The notes under the pieces are model-generated. The model ran no database searches. It was given only the letters and a program-made list of their open reading frames with translations, and was not told the origin of the DNA. A program made the translations under genes and the position numbers. A stretch of 64,000 nucleotides of DNA from the human T2T-CHM13v2.0 reference genome, Homo sapiens, in the NCBI RefSeq assembly GCF_009914755.1, contig NC_060932.1. One strand, 5' to 3'. Shown in pieces: positions 40,324 to 53,941 of this stretch. Positions within the stretch are counted from its first letter, which is position 1, and every line of letters begins with the position of its first letter.

Positions 40324-41794
40324 GTTATTTTGTGAGACATAGCATTATGCTTACATAGAATAATTTATCGTTTGATGTTCAATATCATTTTATTTAAGCA
40401 TAACTGTGGAGAACCATTCAAGTGACTGTATAATTACTTCATATAAATACTTAATAGACAACTTTACCATTAACTATTTTCCTACTACTTTATAACCGAT
40501 TCTATTTTCAATTGATAAGTGATTTTTTCCCATTTAAGTACTGATTTGCAGTTTGGCCCATATTATTTTGCACTGAGATGGCATAAATGCCACATCCTTC
40601 CCGCACTTAAGGCATGTAATTTGCAGAATAAGACGTAAATTTTAAGTAGGTTTGGAATCTTTTGTAGGACTACTTTTATTTCAGCCTTTGACATAATATA
40701 AGCTTGTTAATTCATCTGCAAAATATTTTAGTGTCCAGCGTGTTTAGCTAGAAAGAAGCTCCAGTTGCCTCCCCATGCTCTTACATGGGAGGCTGACTGT
40801 GCATCTACTGCAGTGCGTCATGTGAGTGCTGGTTTTATTCCATGACACCAAGAACATTGCTTAACTTCTGTACTCATCAGTTCATAAATGAGCACAAGGC
40901 CCATTGCTTCTCGCAGTTCAGCCCTGCTGCTCTTCTTCAGCAGATCGGGGTAGCAGGGGCAGTAGCTGAGAGATGCTGAGCAGCCTGAGGCTTCTGGGTG
41001 CCGTGCCTGGAACTGGTCCCACCACAGCACACACGCTGTTTCGTCATGTGAACAGCTGAGCTTCAAGTGATGGCATGTGTGAGAGGCTTCGCCACTCAAC
41101 TTTGAATTTAAGTATCCCCAGGGACTGTCAAACTTTTTATATCCAATGGGGAATTTCACCTTGAAGTTGGACCACAGCTGCCTCTAGAGTTGGTACAAGT
41201 TGTGAGAGTCACAGTTGACCCTACCTTGACTTAGGAGAGTGGTTGGCACCATGATTTTAAATAAAATACAGTGAATGGGGTCCAGCACCCTAGCTTATTC
41301 TGCTTTAGGGACTTCTCCCTAGAAAGGTTTCCTTGTAGTTGGGAAGACCCTTTCTGGAAGGCTGCTATAGGAAATGGCTAAGATGAAAAGTGGGACTCAG
41401 CACTTTTAGGGCTGGGCTGAAAAATGAGTCTGCTGGCAAAACCCTGTGTCAGGCAGCAACTTATAACAAAAACAGGAAAATCCCTACTACATCTTAGCTA
41501 AGTTGGAAATTCAAACATCTTTGCAGGTCCCATTTCACCACCGTTGGGTCTGTGGACGTAACCCTACTGAGAGTTAGGCTAAGGGTTCAGCCCCTTCATT
41601 TATGGGAGGAGGAAGAGAGCCATCCTCCATGCAGCTGCTTCTGTGGCTCACACCCAGACACGGAGGGGTCAAGCAGCAGTCAGGGCCAAGGCCTGAGAAG
41701 CTCAAATCACACTCATTAGGCATCTTCGTTCCAGCCAACATGCGTCCGAATGAGAACAATACGAAGGGGCACCCCTTCAGAATTTGTGAACACT

Positions 41795-43300
41795 AACCCT
41801 AGTCCTTCAGATACCATGACAGCTATGCTGGTATCTTAAGAATCCATGACTGTCCATTCTAGACCCTTCAGAAACCATAACCACCTTTCTGCTACTTTCA
41901 TAGCCCACAGCCACCCATCCTTCGGAACCCACAGCTACCCAGCTGCCCATCTTCATCCCCTCAGAACCGATGACCACCCATCCTTGTCCATTAGGACCCA
42001 TGACCACCCATCCTTGCCCATTAGGACCCATGACCACCCATCCTCATTCCTTCAGAACTCATGACTATAAACCCTAGTCCTTTGGATGCCATGATGCCTA
42101 TCCTGGTATCTTTAGAATCCGTTACCGCCCATTCTAGACTTTGCAGAACCCATGAACACCCATCCTAATTTATTTAGAAACTAGTCATTCTAGTCCCATC
42201 CTAGTCCCTTCAGAACCCCTCGTCTCCCATCCTCGTCCAGTTAGAACCCATGACCACCCATCCTTGTCCCTTCAGAACCCGTGACCACCCATCGTCATTC
42301 CTTCAGATCCCATGACCTCCCATCCTCATCCAGTTAGAACCCATGACCTGCCATCCTTATCCCTTTAGAAACCCTGACCACCCATCCTCGTCCCTTCAGA
42401 ACCCACGACCTCCCATCCTTATCCCTTTAGAACCCCTGGCCACGCATCCTTGTCCCTTCAGAACCCATGACCTCCCATCCTTATCCCTTTAGAACCCCTG
42501 ATCACCCATCCTCATTCCTTCAGACCCCATGACCTCCCATCCTCGTCCAGTTAGAAGCCATGACCACCCATCCTCATCCAGTTAGATCCCATGACCACCC
42601 GTCCTCCCCTTTGGAACCCATGACCTCCCATCCTTGTCCAGTTAGAACCCATGAACACCCATCCTCGTCCCTTCAGAACCCATGACCTCCCATCCTCGTC
42701 CAGTTAGAAGCCATGGCCACCCATCCTCGTCCCTTCAGAAGCCATGACCACCCATCCTCGCCCAGTTAGAACCCATGACCTGCCATCCTTATCCCTTTAG
42801 AAACCCTGACCACCCATCCTCTTCCCTTCAGAACCCCTGACCACCCATCCTCATCCCTTCAGAACACATGACCTCCCATCCTCATCTCTCTAGAACCCAT
42901 GACCTCCCATCCTTGTTCCTCCAGAATCCATTACCACCTATCCTTGTTCCTTCAGAACTCATGACCACCCATCTTCTTCCCATTAGAACCCATGACCTCC
43001 CATCCTCTTTCCTTCAGAACCCATGACTACCCATCTTCATCCCTTCAGAACCCCTGATCACCCATCCTCATGTCTTCAGAACCCCTGACCACCCAACCTC
43101 ATCTTTCCTGAACCCATGACCACCCATCCTTGTCCCTTTAGAACCCACAACCACCCGTCTTCATCTTTCCTGAACCCATGACCACCCATCCTTGTCTCCT
43201 TAGAACCCGTGGCCTCTCATCCTCATTCCTTTAGAATTCATGACAACACATCCTTGTCTCTTCAGAACTTATAACCTTCTATCCTTGTTCCTTTAGCATC
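41795..43300. repeat. Old, diverged minisatellite, ~31-bp unit, ~45-48 copies
   Basis: cagaacccatgacc(a/t)cccatcct(c/t)(g/a)tccctt; 31-bp period at 42243/42274; degenerate ends. Confidence 0.95.
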
Positions 43301-43332
43301 CATGAGCATCTGTCCTATTTTGGCCATTTGCT

Positions 43333-43484
43333 CAGAATTTCATTTAATGGGAGACAGACCCTCCTAGGTATTGAGTGCTTCTTTCTCATGGTGTTGCCCC
43401 AACCCATACAGAATTTCATTTAATGGGAGACAGACCTTCCTAGGGATTGAGTGCATTTGCCCCTCGTGGTAATGCCCCAAGCCA
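43333..43484. repeat. Two-copy duplication, 76 bp
   Basis: cagaatttcatttaatgggagacagacc(c/t)tcctagg(t/g)attgagtgc at 43333 and 43409. Confidence 0.88.
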
Positions 43485-46329
43485 TTGAGCCAGAGATTGC
43501 ACTCCCTTAGGTGAACTTTGAGCCAGATGTGGACTGGTGTTACTACGGTTACCATCAGGTTCCGGTCTTGTTTATGGCTTTAGGGATCATTCGGTTCCAC
43601 AGCAGACTCTCATTTCATGGAAGAATGAAATGGGACATCACTGGGTGACCCTGTTTCTCCTCTTCTGTCCATGGAGACAGAGTTTTCATGACACGCACAG
43701 GTTTTGCCAGTTGGATCCTCTGGTCAGGACTGAAAGAACCTCTGAGTCACTGGTGACACATGAGATTCTAAATGGCTTTCCCTAGGATGGGCTGATCTTT
43801 ACCAATGGGCTGTTTAAATGTGCAGCTGAGGAGGATTCCTGGGAGCTCTGTTACTGCCATCCAGAGCTGAGGGGAACGTAGAGAAAGATCACATTTTTGA
43901 TCCCACAATAGGTTGAATCGCATTTAAGAAAATCCTTTTTCTTTTATTGTAAACTGTTTTGTCATAGTAAACTTGTTTCCCTTTGGTGATTTATGTACAT
44001 TTTTCCTGCTTACTATGTGTAGGTCTCTCAAAAATACATATTGGTTTTTATAACAAGGTAGAACTGATACTTCTCTTTGAAGAATTATTTTTTAGTTGAT
44101 AAAGTAGAAGCTATACTCCCTTTCTTCCTCCCTCTTTCCCTCTCATTTCCTCCCTCCCTTCATCTTCTTTTTTCTTTTTTTTTTCTTTCCTGGAAGCTGT
44201 CTTTTTAAGTTTGATTCAGTCTTGAAAATACCATTTCTCTCATTTCTCCTGACCAGTAGCTCCCCTCGTATTTGATGGTGAAGATTTGTTAGGCTCTAAA
44301 TGGAATCATAGGAGCTCTGGGAAGAGTGTGATACCAGCTCTTAAGAACCTCACACAACAGGAGCTTTGGCTTAGGTCCGCCAGATAGAGGGTGATCAGGA
44401 GATACAGTTAAACTCAGCATAATTCTATGCCTTCAAATCTTTTATACAAACTGGGTTGGGGGCACTAAATATTCAAATGTATTTGAAAATAACTATGCAA
44501 ATCTTTCTGTCAAAATATCTCACATTTCAGAGAATAAGTTTCGCTCAGAAGCTTGGAATGATCGCCTTTGACAATTTTGTGAATTATGAACCAAAAGGCT
44601 TCCCCATTAATCAACTTTTATAGAAATTTTAGTTACTAATGGCTTTTGCATTCTAAAATGTAAAGCAAAGAATAATGAAAAATGTTTTTTATTACTATAA
44701 ACTCACATGGTGGTTCTTTTATGTTTCACTTCTCAGTTCCCATGAGGCGGGTGATAATATTTAAATTTGCTCAAGTAACACCTGAGGCTTAGTAGGTACA
44801 GCCTCCACCCGGTCAGAATGAGACACCAGGACCTAGTGAGTCCATGCCCATTGTTTTCCAGTAAACAAGGAGGTTCCTCATAGTATTTTCCAAGCACACA
44901 TATCATGGAAAGATGCCTGTTAGCTTTGGAGACTCTAAAAGGAAAAATCATTACAGTGTCAGATGTTTGGTCTAAAACCTGGAAAAGTGATACATTATAA
45001 ACCTGAGAAGGCCATTCAAATAATGTGTAATTTATCTTTCCTTTATTCCTAAGGGAAAAAAAGAAATAGTTCTATGCACAACCTCTTTTTCTCTTTTTTT
45101 CTCTATGTACAACCTCTTTTTCTCCTCCTCCAGTTCCTAGGTGTCTCTCCCTGCCTTTCTCTCACCACCTTCCTGACTCCCTTTAGGAATAAAACTTCAG
45201 CACTTTGTACATTTTTCAATATTAATTAATAATGTCAAGGATTAACCTCACCTTTTCCTCAGTATTCTTTCCTGTTTGCCTAAAAATTATTTTATTTTTC
45301 AGAAGAATTTTCTTTCTTCTGAAACAAAGAACATGGTCTAATTGACAGCATGCATTCAGGTTGCTCCCCAGAGCAGGCAGTGACCTTCTTTTCCTTGCCT
45401 GTTTTTGGAGGAAGTGAGAGCGTGGTATTCTTAAAAAAAATTCAGCCCTTCATTTTCCCTGTATGCAGACCAAACAGCACTGTCCTGGCACCGTGAATGT
45501 TTCTCATGCATATCGTTTCCCCAGAGTTTAACGCCAATAAAAATGTCAGGTGCTAATCTAAATGCTGTCTGTGTATTGACTGATTCAATTCTCATAGCAT
45601 ACATAGAACATAGTCCTTGGTTTCCATTCTGAAGACAGAAACTGAGTCAGCAGGGAGAGGACCATGGGCTAAGGAACTCGCCAAAGAGAAGAGCCTGGAA
45701 GCGGCTCCAGGGTTTCTGCTTCCAGAAGGGTTTCCACTTCCAGAAGGGTTACCTGTGGCCCAGACTCCTCTCTCAGGGACCTCAGAGCTGAGTCCAGGGC
45801 CCAGAACGTTGCTGCCAAGGGCTTCTCCTCAGACTGTACGTTTGAGAAGCTGGGCCACTTAAGTAAGCTACATTTAGCCACCATGACTTGGCTAATGTTT
45901 TCCTATGTTTCTATTTTTATTACTCATCAAATATACTTTTCTGTTTGTTTTCTACCATTCATGATATGTAATTGTGAATTGAATATTCTCACCATTTTAT
46001 AATCTAGCTGTGTTCCTGCACTAAGCTGCTTAAGAAAGCCAAGCAGCTGAAAACAGGAAACCTGCATTTTAGCTAATCTGTGTTTTTGATCCTAAGCAAA
46101 CATATGATTTTCACTATCTTTTGAAATACAGATAATAACCATCAGTGTCATTGCTGTCATCTGAAATGCCACACACAGCCCCCGTGTGGTGTTTTCATTT
46201 TTCCCATCAAATCATCTCGTTTTAGTGGGTAGAAGCCAGTCTGCAGGATGGCTGAGTGGGGCCCGGAACCCCAGGCTCTGGGTTTCAGGCATGATTCCCA
46301 TTCCAGTTGCTGAGGCTGCCCTCAGAAGG

Positions 46330-46443
46330 CTCTGCCCCTATACCGAGGAGGCATCGTCCCCCTCATCGCTGACTGTCCAGCACCTGCTCTGCCCCCACAC
46401 GGAGGAAGCATCGTCTCCCTCGTCTCTGACTGTCCAGCACCTC
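46330..46443. repeat. Two-copy duplication, 57 bp
   Basis: gctctgcccc..gagga(g/a)gcatcgtc..ctgactgtccagcacct twice (seen as a repeated 19-aa block in ORF 46186-46467). Confidence 0.85.
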
Positions 46444-47744
46444 CTCGTTCAGGGTCTGTATTTCTAGTTCTTTGAATCCTGTCATGTCTTTGCATTCCAT
46501 AAGACCTCTGCCTTCTCTGGCAGACTCGGACCATTTTCCCAAGATTGACTTTAAATATTTCCCCGCTAGGATGCATGGCCTTGCATTGACAAAATGAGAT
46601 ACTTACAGCTTCCTCCACACATAATCTGTTACACCGTCAGGGTTGTAAAAATCTCCCTGTAAGATATTTCATTGTCATTGTCCACCTGGTACTTCCAGCC
46701 TCCAGAACGTTATGGTTAGAGCTTTGGAATCGAAATTCTACTGCATCCCGGACAAATACCTGGATCTTGATCAAATTTTTTTTATGGAAAAAAATGAGTT
46801 TCTTTCATTATGTGAAATGGAATTTCCTATGATAGCGTGATGCTTGTTTTTCAACCAATTGTAGGTACTATATTTATAATAAATATTCCTAGATTGTGTT
46901 TGAATGCCATATAACCACTTATTTTGAATTATATCATGCAGATGAAAACAACTCAACTCTTAAAAATAGGGGCTATTTCTTCTTGCGATCTAATCTGATT
47001 CAAATCTAACATTATGAAAGCCAGGTGATTTATGTTTTTATGTTTTATTAGATAAATAACATAAAAATACCCATCACAAATGGATGTTTTCTTACTAATG
47101 AGCTTTGATTTATTTGTGCATTTCAGACTCGCAAGGTTTTACGTTGTCTTGTGTATAAGTTACTGAAACCAGTGTTTGGGAATTTGAAAGCAAAACATTG
47201 CAGAGGCGGGAAGGCCGCTCTACAGCTAGGCTCTTAAGCCTGGAGTTAGTGGGGCTGAGGTGGTGGGGAGGTGGAAATGCGGGGAGGCAGAAAGGCAGGG
47301 AGGACTGTGGGAGTTGAAGAAGGACCCAGCGAGCTTGGCATTGGCATTGAGAATCCCTGGCGCCCCATCCGCCCTTTCCTGTAAATAACACATTCATCTC
47401 CATGGACACTTCCGGCTCTGGAAGTTGATAATTTGTAAAACTGTTTGTGTATCCCCTGCCATGGTCTTCTCCCACATGTCTTCGAACACGCGGGAAATCA
47501 ATGACTAAAATCCCAGTGTCTGATGGCCCCTGCGGTGAATACGTGAGGCAGTGGTGCCGTGGATTCTGCATTTATGCAGATGGGCCGCCTGCTCCACCTG
47601 CGAGGCTTTGGCAGAGCCATGGATTTTCACAGCCCTGTACCCTTTATTCTCAAAAATAGGTTGATTTTTTTAAGTAGGTAGGTCCTTGAAAGCTTCCTCC
47701 ATATATAAAAATATATTTCCATGTAGCCAGAAACAGAACAGAGA

Positions 47745-47892
47745 AGAAGAGACACAGGCAGATGAGGAGGGAGGCAGGGGAGAGAAGAGACACAGGCAGA
47801 TGAGGAGGGAGGCAGGGGAGAGAAGAGACACAGGCAGATGAGGAGGGAGGCAGGGGAGAGAAGAGACACAGGCAGATGAGGAGGGAGGCAAG
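47745..47892. repeat. Purine-rich minisatellite, 38-bp unit, ~4 identical copies
   Basis: agaagagacacaggcagatgaggagggaggcaggggag at 47745, 47783, 47821, 47859. Confidence 0.96.
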
Positions 47893-47975
47893 GCAGGTGA
47901 GGGGCTGGGATCTCTCATCGTGCTGTGCGTGGACAGGAGGCAGGCAGAGATCAGGCTGGGAGATCCTGGTGGTGG

Positions 47976-48113
47976 GATCAGAGGCTTAGACTCCTGCTGT
48001 GGGAGGTGCTGTGCTGCTGAGGGCTTTCAGTAGGGTCTCGGGGTGATCAGAGGCTTAGACTCCCGCTGTGGGCGGTGCTCTGCTGCTGAGGGCTTTGATT
48101 AAGAGTCTCAGGG
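47976..48113. repeat. Two-copy duplication, 69 bp
   Basis: gatcagaggcttagactcc(t/c)gctgtggg(a/c)ggtgct(g/c)tgctgctgagggcttt at 47976 and 48045. Confidence 0.88.
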
Positions 48114-48349
48114 TCATGTTAGTCAGAATGTCTTTTGGAAAGAACATTTGTTGTCTCTGGAAGGAAAGATGTGCAGAGACTCTTGAGGGGTCCAGGAGAC
48201 CAGACGTGGGTCTGGAGACTCCCACGGGCTCTGGAAGGCACCACCCCATTGTGGTGCAGATGAGGGGCCTCACTGGATTGTCCCTGGGGAAACGGGACTG
48301 CCCTCCAGCCAGCTCCTCCTGAGGCAGGGCCCTCGCTTGTGCCGGCCTT

Positions 48350-48618
48350 ATGAGGGACCCCCAACCTTGTCCCCAGCCCAGCTCTTAAACTGTCCTTCTG
48401 CTTGTGTTCCTGGAGCTCATGAGGGATGCCCACCCTGTCCCCAGCCCAGCTCTTAAACGGTCCATCTGCTTGTGTTCCTGGAGCTCATGAGGGACCCCCA
48501 CCCTGTCCCAGCACAGCTCTTAAACTGTCCTTCTGCTTGTGTTCCTGGAGCTCATGAGGGACCCCACCCTGTCCCCAACCCAGCTCTTAAACGGTCCTTC
48601 TGCTTGTGTTCCTGGAGC
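48350..48618. repeat. Minisatellite, ~68-bp unit, 4 copies
   Basis: atgaggga..caccctgtcccca..cagctcttaaac(t/g)gtcc(t/a)tctgcttgtgttcctggagc at 48350, 48419, 48487, 48554. Confidence 0.95.
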
Positions 48619-48799
48619 CGCCTCTTGCAGGGTTGCTGTGGCCACACTTTGAGGAATTGAAGATTTTTGTAGCTGGGCTCATTGGGGTGACTCCAGGTCG
48701 GGTGAACCCCCATTCTCTTCCTGAGTGCTACAGCCACCATGAGGGGTCATGGAACGGGCAGGCTGAGAGCCATGGGCCCCAGGTCTGGTGGCCCTGCAT

Positions 48800-48872
48800 A
48801 TGGAGGCCCATTCACGTGTAGAGGTCCCTTCGTGAGTGGAGGCCCCTTCGTGTGTGGAGGCCCCTTCGTGGC
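48800..48872. repeat. Short 18-bp tandem repeat, ~4 copies
   Basis: tggaggccccttcgtgtg-type units. Confidence 0.75.
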
Positions 48873-49484
48873 CACGTTAGAGCCTCGCGTTGCTTTTCCC
48901 CGGAGGGTGCTGTGGCTCCCAGGCTCATCATTTGGGGCAGTGGCATTCAGACCACTTGGCTGACCCTCCTGCATCCGATGGACATTGCTGAAGTGGCCTC
49001 ATCCTGGAGGCCAAGCACTGAGAGGAGGGGACAGCCTGAGGGCAGCCCCAGGCCCCTCCTTTCCCTGTCCCTGTGCAGAACCCTGGAGGGGAGAGATGAG
49101 ATTGTTCCGGCATTAACAGAAAACCTTGGAAACTGCAGCTTTCAAGAAAACACTAAGGCCCAGAGGAGGACGGTTAACTACGCCCGTTCTGTTGTAACTG
49201 GATGTGAAGTAGAAAGGCTGGAGGTTGTTTTGATGTGGCCTCATAAGGGTTAAGTGGATTAGTCATTCGAGGCTTGGTATAAAGAGTCTGAACTAAGAGT
49301 CTAAAGATGCACTTTCCTATTCCGGATCTTTCAAATAATGATTAAGCCACGCAAAATGTTCTAAAATAGATTCTCATTTTCCCAATTTAAATGTAAAACA
49401 AAGTAAACCAGGCTTTTTAGGTTTACATGTTTGCCTTTTTAGAAAAGAGCAGCCCCACATTTCAATACGGTTGTGCACCATATC

Positions 49485-49800
49485 CCGGTGTTGTGTTCCA
49501 TGAGGACCTGCTCCCCGTGTTGTGTTCCGTGAGGACCTGCTCCCCGTGTTGTGTTCGGTGAGGACCTGCTCCCGGTGTTGTGTTCCGTGAGGACCTGCTC
49601 CCCGTGTTGTGTTCGGTGAGGACCTGCTCCCCGTGTTGTGTTCGGTGAGGACCTGCTCCCGGTGTTGTGTTCGGTGAGGACCTGCTCCCGGTGTTGTGTT
49701 CCGTGAGGACCTGCTCCCGGTGTTGTGTTCGGTGAGGACCTGCCCCCGGTGTTGTGTTCCGTGAGGACCTGCTCCCGGTGTTGTGTTCTGTGAGGGCCTG
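49485..49800. repeat. Minisatellite, 29-bp unit, ~11 copies
   Basis: cc(c/g)gtgttgtgttc(c/g)gtgaggacctgctc; period at 49501/49530. Confidence 0.97.
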
Positions 49801-50537
49801 CAGGGAACAGTGGTCCCATGGAATTATACAGCCCAGTCCTTACTGCAGTTTTTCTATGTTTAGCTGGGCTTAGATGTACAGACCCTCGCCACTGTGTTCC
49901 AGCTGCCTGCAGGACTCAGCGCGGTCACATGCTGTGTGGGTGTGTAGCCCAGAAGCAACAAGCTGCACCACACAGCCTGGGTGTGCGGCAGGCTCAATCG
50001 CCGGGTTTGTATAACACATTCTGATGTTCCCACCATGACCAGATTGGCCAACAACACGTTTCCCAGAACCTGTCCCTGGTGTTAAGAGATATGAGATTGA
50101 TTTAGCTACTTGGTATTTTATATACTTACGAGCGTGTGTCAGAAATATTGAAGCATAGAACTTAGTGACTTTTTATGAGGGTCCTAAAATATCCAACATG
50201 CAAATCAGTCTCTGTTAAGAGATTAAAAGCTCATTGTAAAGTGTTGGAAGTCTGTTCTTTACTAGTTTTTGGCTGATGGAAATAAGCCCTGAAGGTACAG
50301 CATGAGTTAACCTGGATGGAAGCATCAGAAGCTCCATGAGGCAGGGTGGCCGGTGTGTGTGTCTCAGGACACTGGCAAGCTGACGCTCCCCACAGGAACT
50401 TACAATTCTTTGCCCACTGATAGTCATGTGTTTTCAGTAACAAGAAATCAAAACAAACTCACAATTCCACTTCATGGTCCTCTGTCGCTTTTGTGTACAG
50501 ACATGGACATTGGAATCACATTTTAAATCTTACTTAG

Positions 50538-50833
<296 letters not shown>

Positions 50834-51217
50834 TTACTTAAAGAGGTAAAAACTGATTAAAAATTGAAAGTGATTTTATACTCTTCTGGAATTGAAGCAA
50901 GTCTTATCACTCACATTTGCAGCTATAATCCTAATGAAGTTTTGTAAAATGCTGGGAGGAGACGTTGATATTATTTCGAGAGGGGCACCTGCTCCCACGA
51001 GCCTTGCGGGAAGCCTGAGTTTGCCAGTGTTGCCTCGTAGGTGACTCCTGCTGTCTTGGTTTCATTTTTGCTTAGTTTTCTTGTAACTGTGGATACAGTT
51101 CGAGTTGGTGCTGGCATGTTCCATTCTCCCACGTTGTACCTTTTCACATGTTAACCTGAATCCTACGTTTTACGATAGGAAAGAATCAGTCCTTGTGGCA
51201 GAGGCCCACTGAGGAGC

Positions 51218-51375
51218 AGCCTGGATTCATGTCTGGGAGCGCTGACTCTGCAGTCAGCAACCGTGGGCCTTGGACCCCCAGGACCACATTTGTAAAGCCT
51301 GGATTCATGGCTGGGAACGCTGACTGTGAATTCAGCATCCATTCAGCCTTGTAACCCCAGGTGCACATTTGTAAA
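51218..51375. repeat. Two-copy duplication, 78 bp
   Basis: agcctggattcatg(t/g)ctggga(g/a)cgctgact..tcagca..cccccagg..cacatttgtaaag at 51218 and 51296. Confidence 0.85.
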
Positions 51376-51413
51376 GTGAGTAAGGACAGGCAGTTCTAAT
51401 TCTAATCATGGTC

Positions 51414-51522
51414 AAGGGATCCTGCGCGTGTAGCTCACGTCGGGCACTTCACACAAGTTAAGGGATCATGTCGGGCACTTCACGTGGGTTAAGGGATCGT
51501 GTCAGACACTTCACGCGAGTTA
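51414..51522. repeat. Degenerate ~31-bp tandem repeat, ~3 copies
   Basis: aagggatc(a/g)tgtc(gg/ag)..cacttcac..gtt units. Confidence 0.7.
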
Positions 51523-52177
51523 TATGAGATGATGCAAAGAGTGGTGTCCGATGCAGAGGGACCTTCAGTTAATCTGCCAGAAGTGAGGTGCGTTATTGAC
51601 AAACGCACTCTGGCCTCTTTAGATTTGAAAGTTGTTATTTGGAGAAGGAGATGTTTGGATTGATGGGAAGTTTAGTGTTCTGTTTTTTGGTATAGATGTG
51701 ATTGTATGGGTGTATTTATTTTTTCTCATTTATTATTCAAAAAAGTAATAAAAAGCAACTCACAGATATGACGATTGACATTCAAAGTAAAACAATATCA
51801 ACAAGATAAACCAGGAGCAGAAGGGACCTGTCAGCATGAACCGCCGTACGCTTGAGATAAGCCAGGAATTTGTGTCTAAAAAGGGATGGAGGCTCAATTA
51901 GGTGACTCATGCACCCATTAGATAAAAGCAGATGCCGCGTTTTCTGAACCCCAACTGTAACTGGTCCCTGGCGACAAGGAGACACCCCCCTGGGTGTTTA
52001 CCAGGAGGCTGTAAAGCGTGGCACGGACCAGAGGCTGCACAGCAGCATCTTCGTAACCATAGCAACCAGCAACCAGCCTCTTCCTCCCAGGCAGGGCGTC
52101 CCAAGACAGACCGCACCAGAGGCCTGATGTTTGGTGCAGTCATCTTTGCGGGAAAATGGAAGTGTGGCACAGCACGC

Positions 52178-52330
52178 CCCCAGCTCTGCAGCGGCTGGGC
52201 TGAGAGACCGGAGATGGGCCTCCCTGATGAGGGGAAGGGTGGCCTCTCTTCATAGCATGACCCCTAGCTCGGCAGCGGCTGGGCTGAGAGACCGGAGACG
52301 GGCCTCCCTGATGAGGGGAAGGGTGGCTCT
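52178..52330. repeat. Two-copy duplication, 84 bp
   Basis: agctc(t/g)gcagcggctgggctgagagaccggaga(t/c)gggcctccctgatgaggggaagggtggc at 52182 and 52266. Confidence 0.9.
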
Positions 52331-52645
52331 GAGGGGCCGGTCCTGGCTGTGTCCTACTGTTGCCCAGAGCACAGCTTACTCCGTACACATTTCCTCATGC
52401 CACTCAGTTTTCTTTAGAAGGATGCGCATTATTTTCCTTAATTTTGAGAAAAAACATGTTTGTTTTTTAATGTTTTGGGAAATATAAAATGCACTCATTT
52501 TATAACAGAAGAAAAGCAGTAATTCTACCTTCACACGGTTCTCTGGATCTTTCAGCTGCTTTTCCCAGGTTTCAGGGGCCCCATTAGTAGCCACTCAGAG
52601 TCAGGGGTGCCGGGCACGTGCCTGCTTTCAGGAAAAACGAGTGAC

Positions 52646-53005
52646 TGGCTTAGTCACCCAGGCTGCTGTAACACATTGCCATAGATGGGCGGCTGAAAAC
52701 AGCACCTTCATGTATCTGTTCTGGATACTCCAGATCCACGTGCCGGCAGGTGGGGTTCCTGGTGGGAACCTTCTCCCTGGCTTGCGGGAGGCGCTTTCTC
52801 ACTCTGTGCTCATGTAGGGGAGAGAGGGAGCTCTGGGCTCTTCACGTCTTATAAGTGGCTCATCCCACCTTGGGTTCTCCACCACCCACATAACCTCATC
52901 CCACCCGAATCACTTCCCAAAGGCCACACCCTCCTCTTACCGTCCCACTGGAGGTTAGGGCTTCACCGTGTGAATTTAGGGGGACACGAACACCTGCTCC
53001 ATACA
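52646..53005 (-). mobile_element. MaLR solo LTR (MLT1A-like) with 5-bp TSD
   Basis: TG..CA ends; ggctgctgtaaca..ttcccaaaggccacacc..gttagggcttca..tgaatttagggggacac. TSD GTGAC at 52641-45 and 53006-10. Confidence 0.88.
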
Positions 53006-53941
53006 GTGACTTTCATGAGAATGAACATGGGTGCTGTTCCACATTAGGTGAGATGTTTGCCGGACGCGGGTGCTGTTCCACATTAGGTGAGATGTTTGCT
53101 TTGGGGTTCTGGTAAGATATGCTGTGTTACAGACATTTCCTGTATTTCTAGCTTGTGAAGGGGTTTTATCCAGAATATCTTTTGAATTCTATGCTTTTTG
53201 GGGACATCTGAGTTATTTTTTCCTCCTTGGAAATGGTCCCGTTTTTCAATGCTGAGTCATTCTTCCATTCTACTGGATTTGATTGACAGATACCTTAATT
53301 AGAATGTTTGTATCTTCATAAGTGTGACTGTTATGAATTAGAGAGGATCGATGGTGTCTTAAGCTTGACCAGCTGTGAAAGATTACAGGTTGCATTTAAC
53401 TGTCAGCACAGACTAGAATAAGATGGTGTGTGTGTTCCCAGATAATGCACAAAGGTTAGTGCTGTGATCTCTTAATGAATGACAGTTTTTCATTATATGT
53501 GTTAATTGCAAAATCAACAAGCCAACCTTATTTGAGAGTAAAAATCTACTGTCGTATTTAAAAGACATAAATTTGTAGAAATAGAAAGCCATGTTTTTGA
53601 TGACTTTTAAATCCTGTAGAGAGTCTTTATTTTGTTTTTGGTGATTTTTATTGCAAAATCTCTTCTGTTAATCAGTTTATGTTAAAGCCTGAGATAAAAA
53701 CTAGACTACCTGAAGCATTGCCTGGAGATGGGTTAGTGAGGGACTAGCAAAACCAGCTGGTAGGTACAAATTTCTGTAATATTACAGTTAAGCTACTTGT
53801 CTTTCCTGCGTGGTTAAAAGAGGAGTGCAAGGTTAAGAATCAACTAAATAATTAAAAGACTGATCTGCAGCAGTGAATACAAAACTCACTGGTAGTTTTT
53901 CTTGGCAACATTTACTTACTGTAGCATATATGTGTACACCT

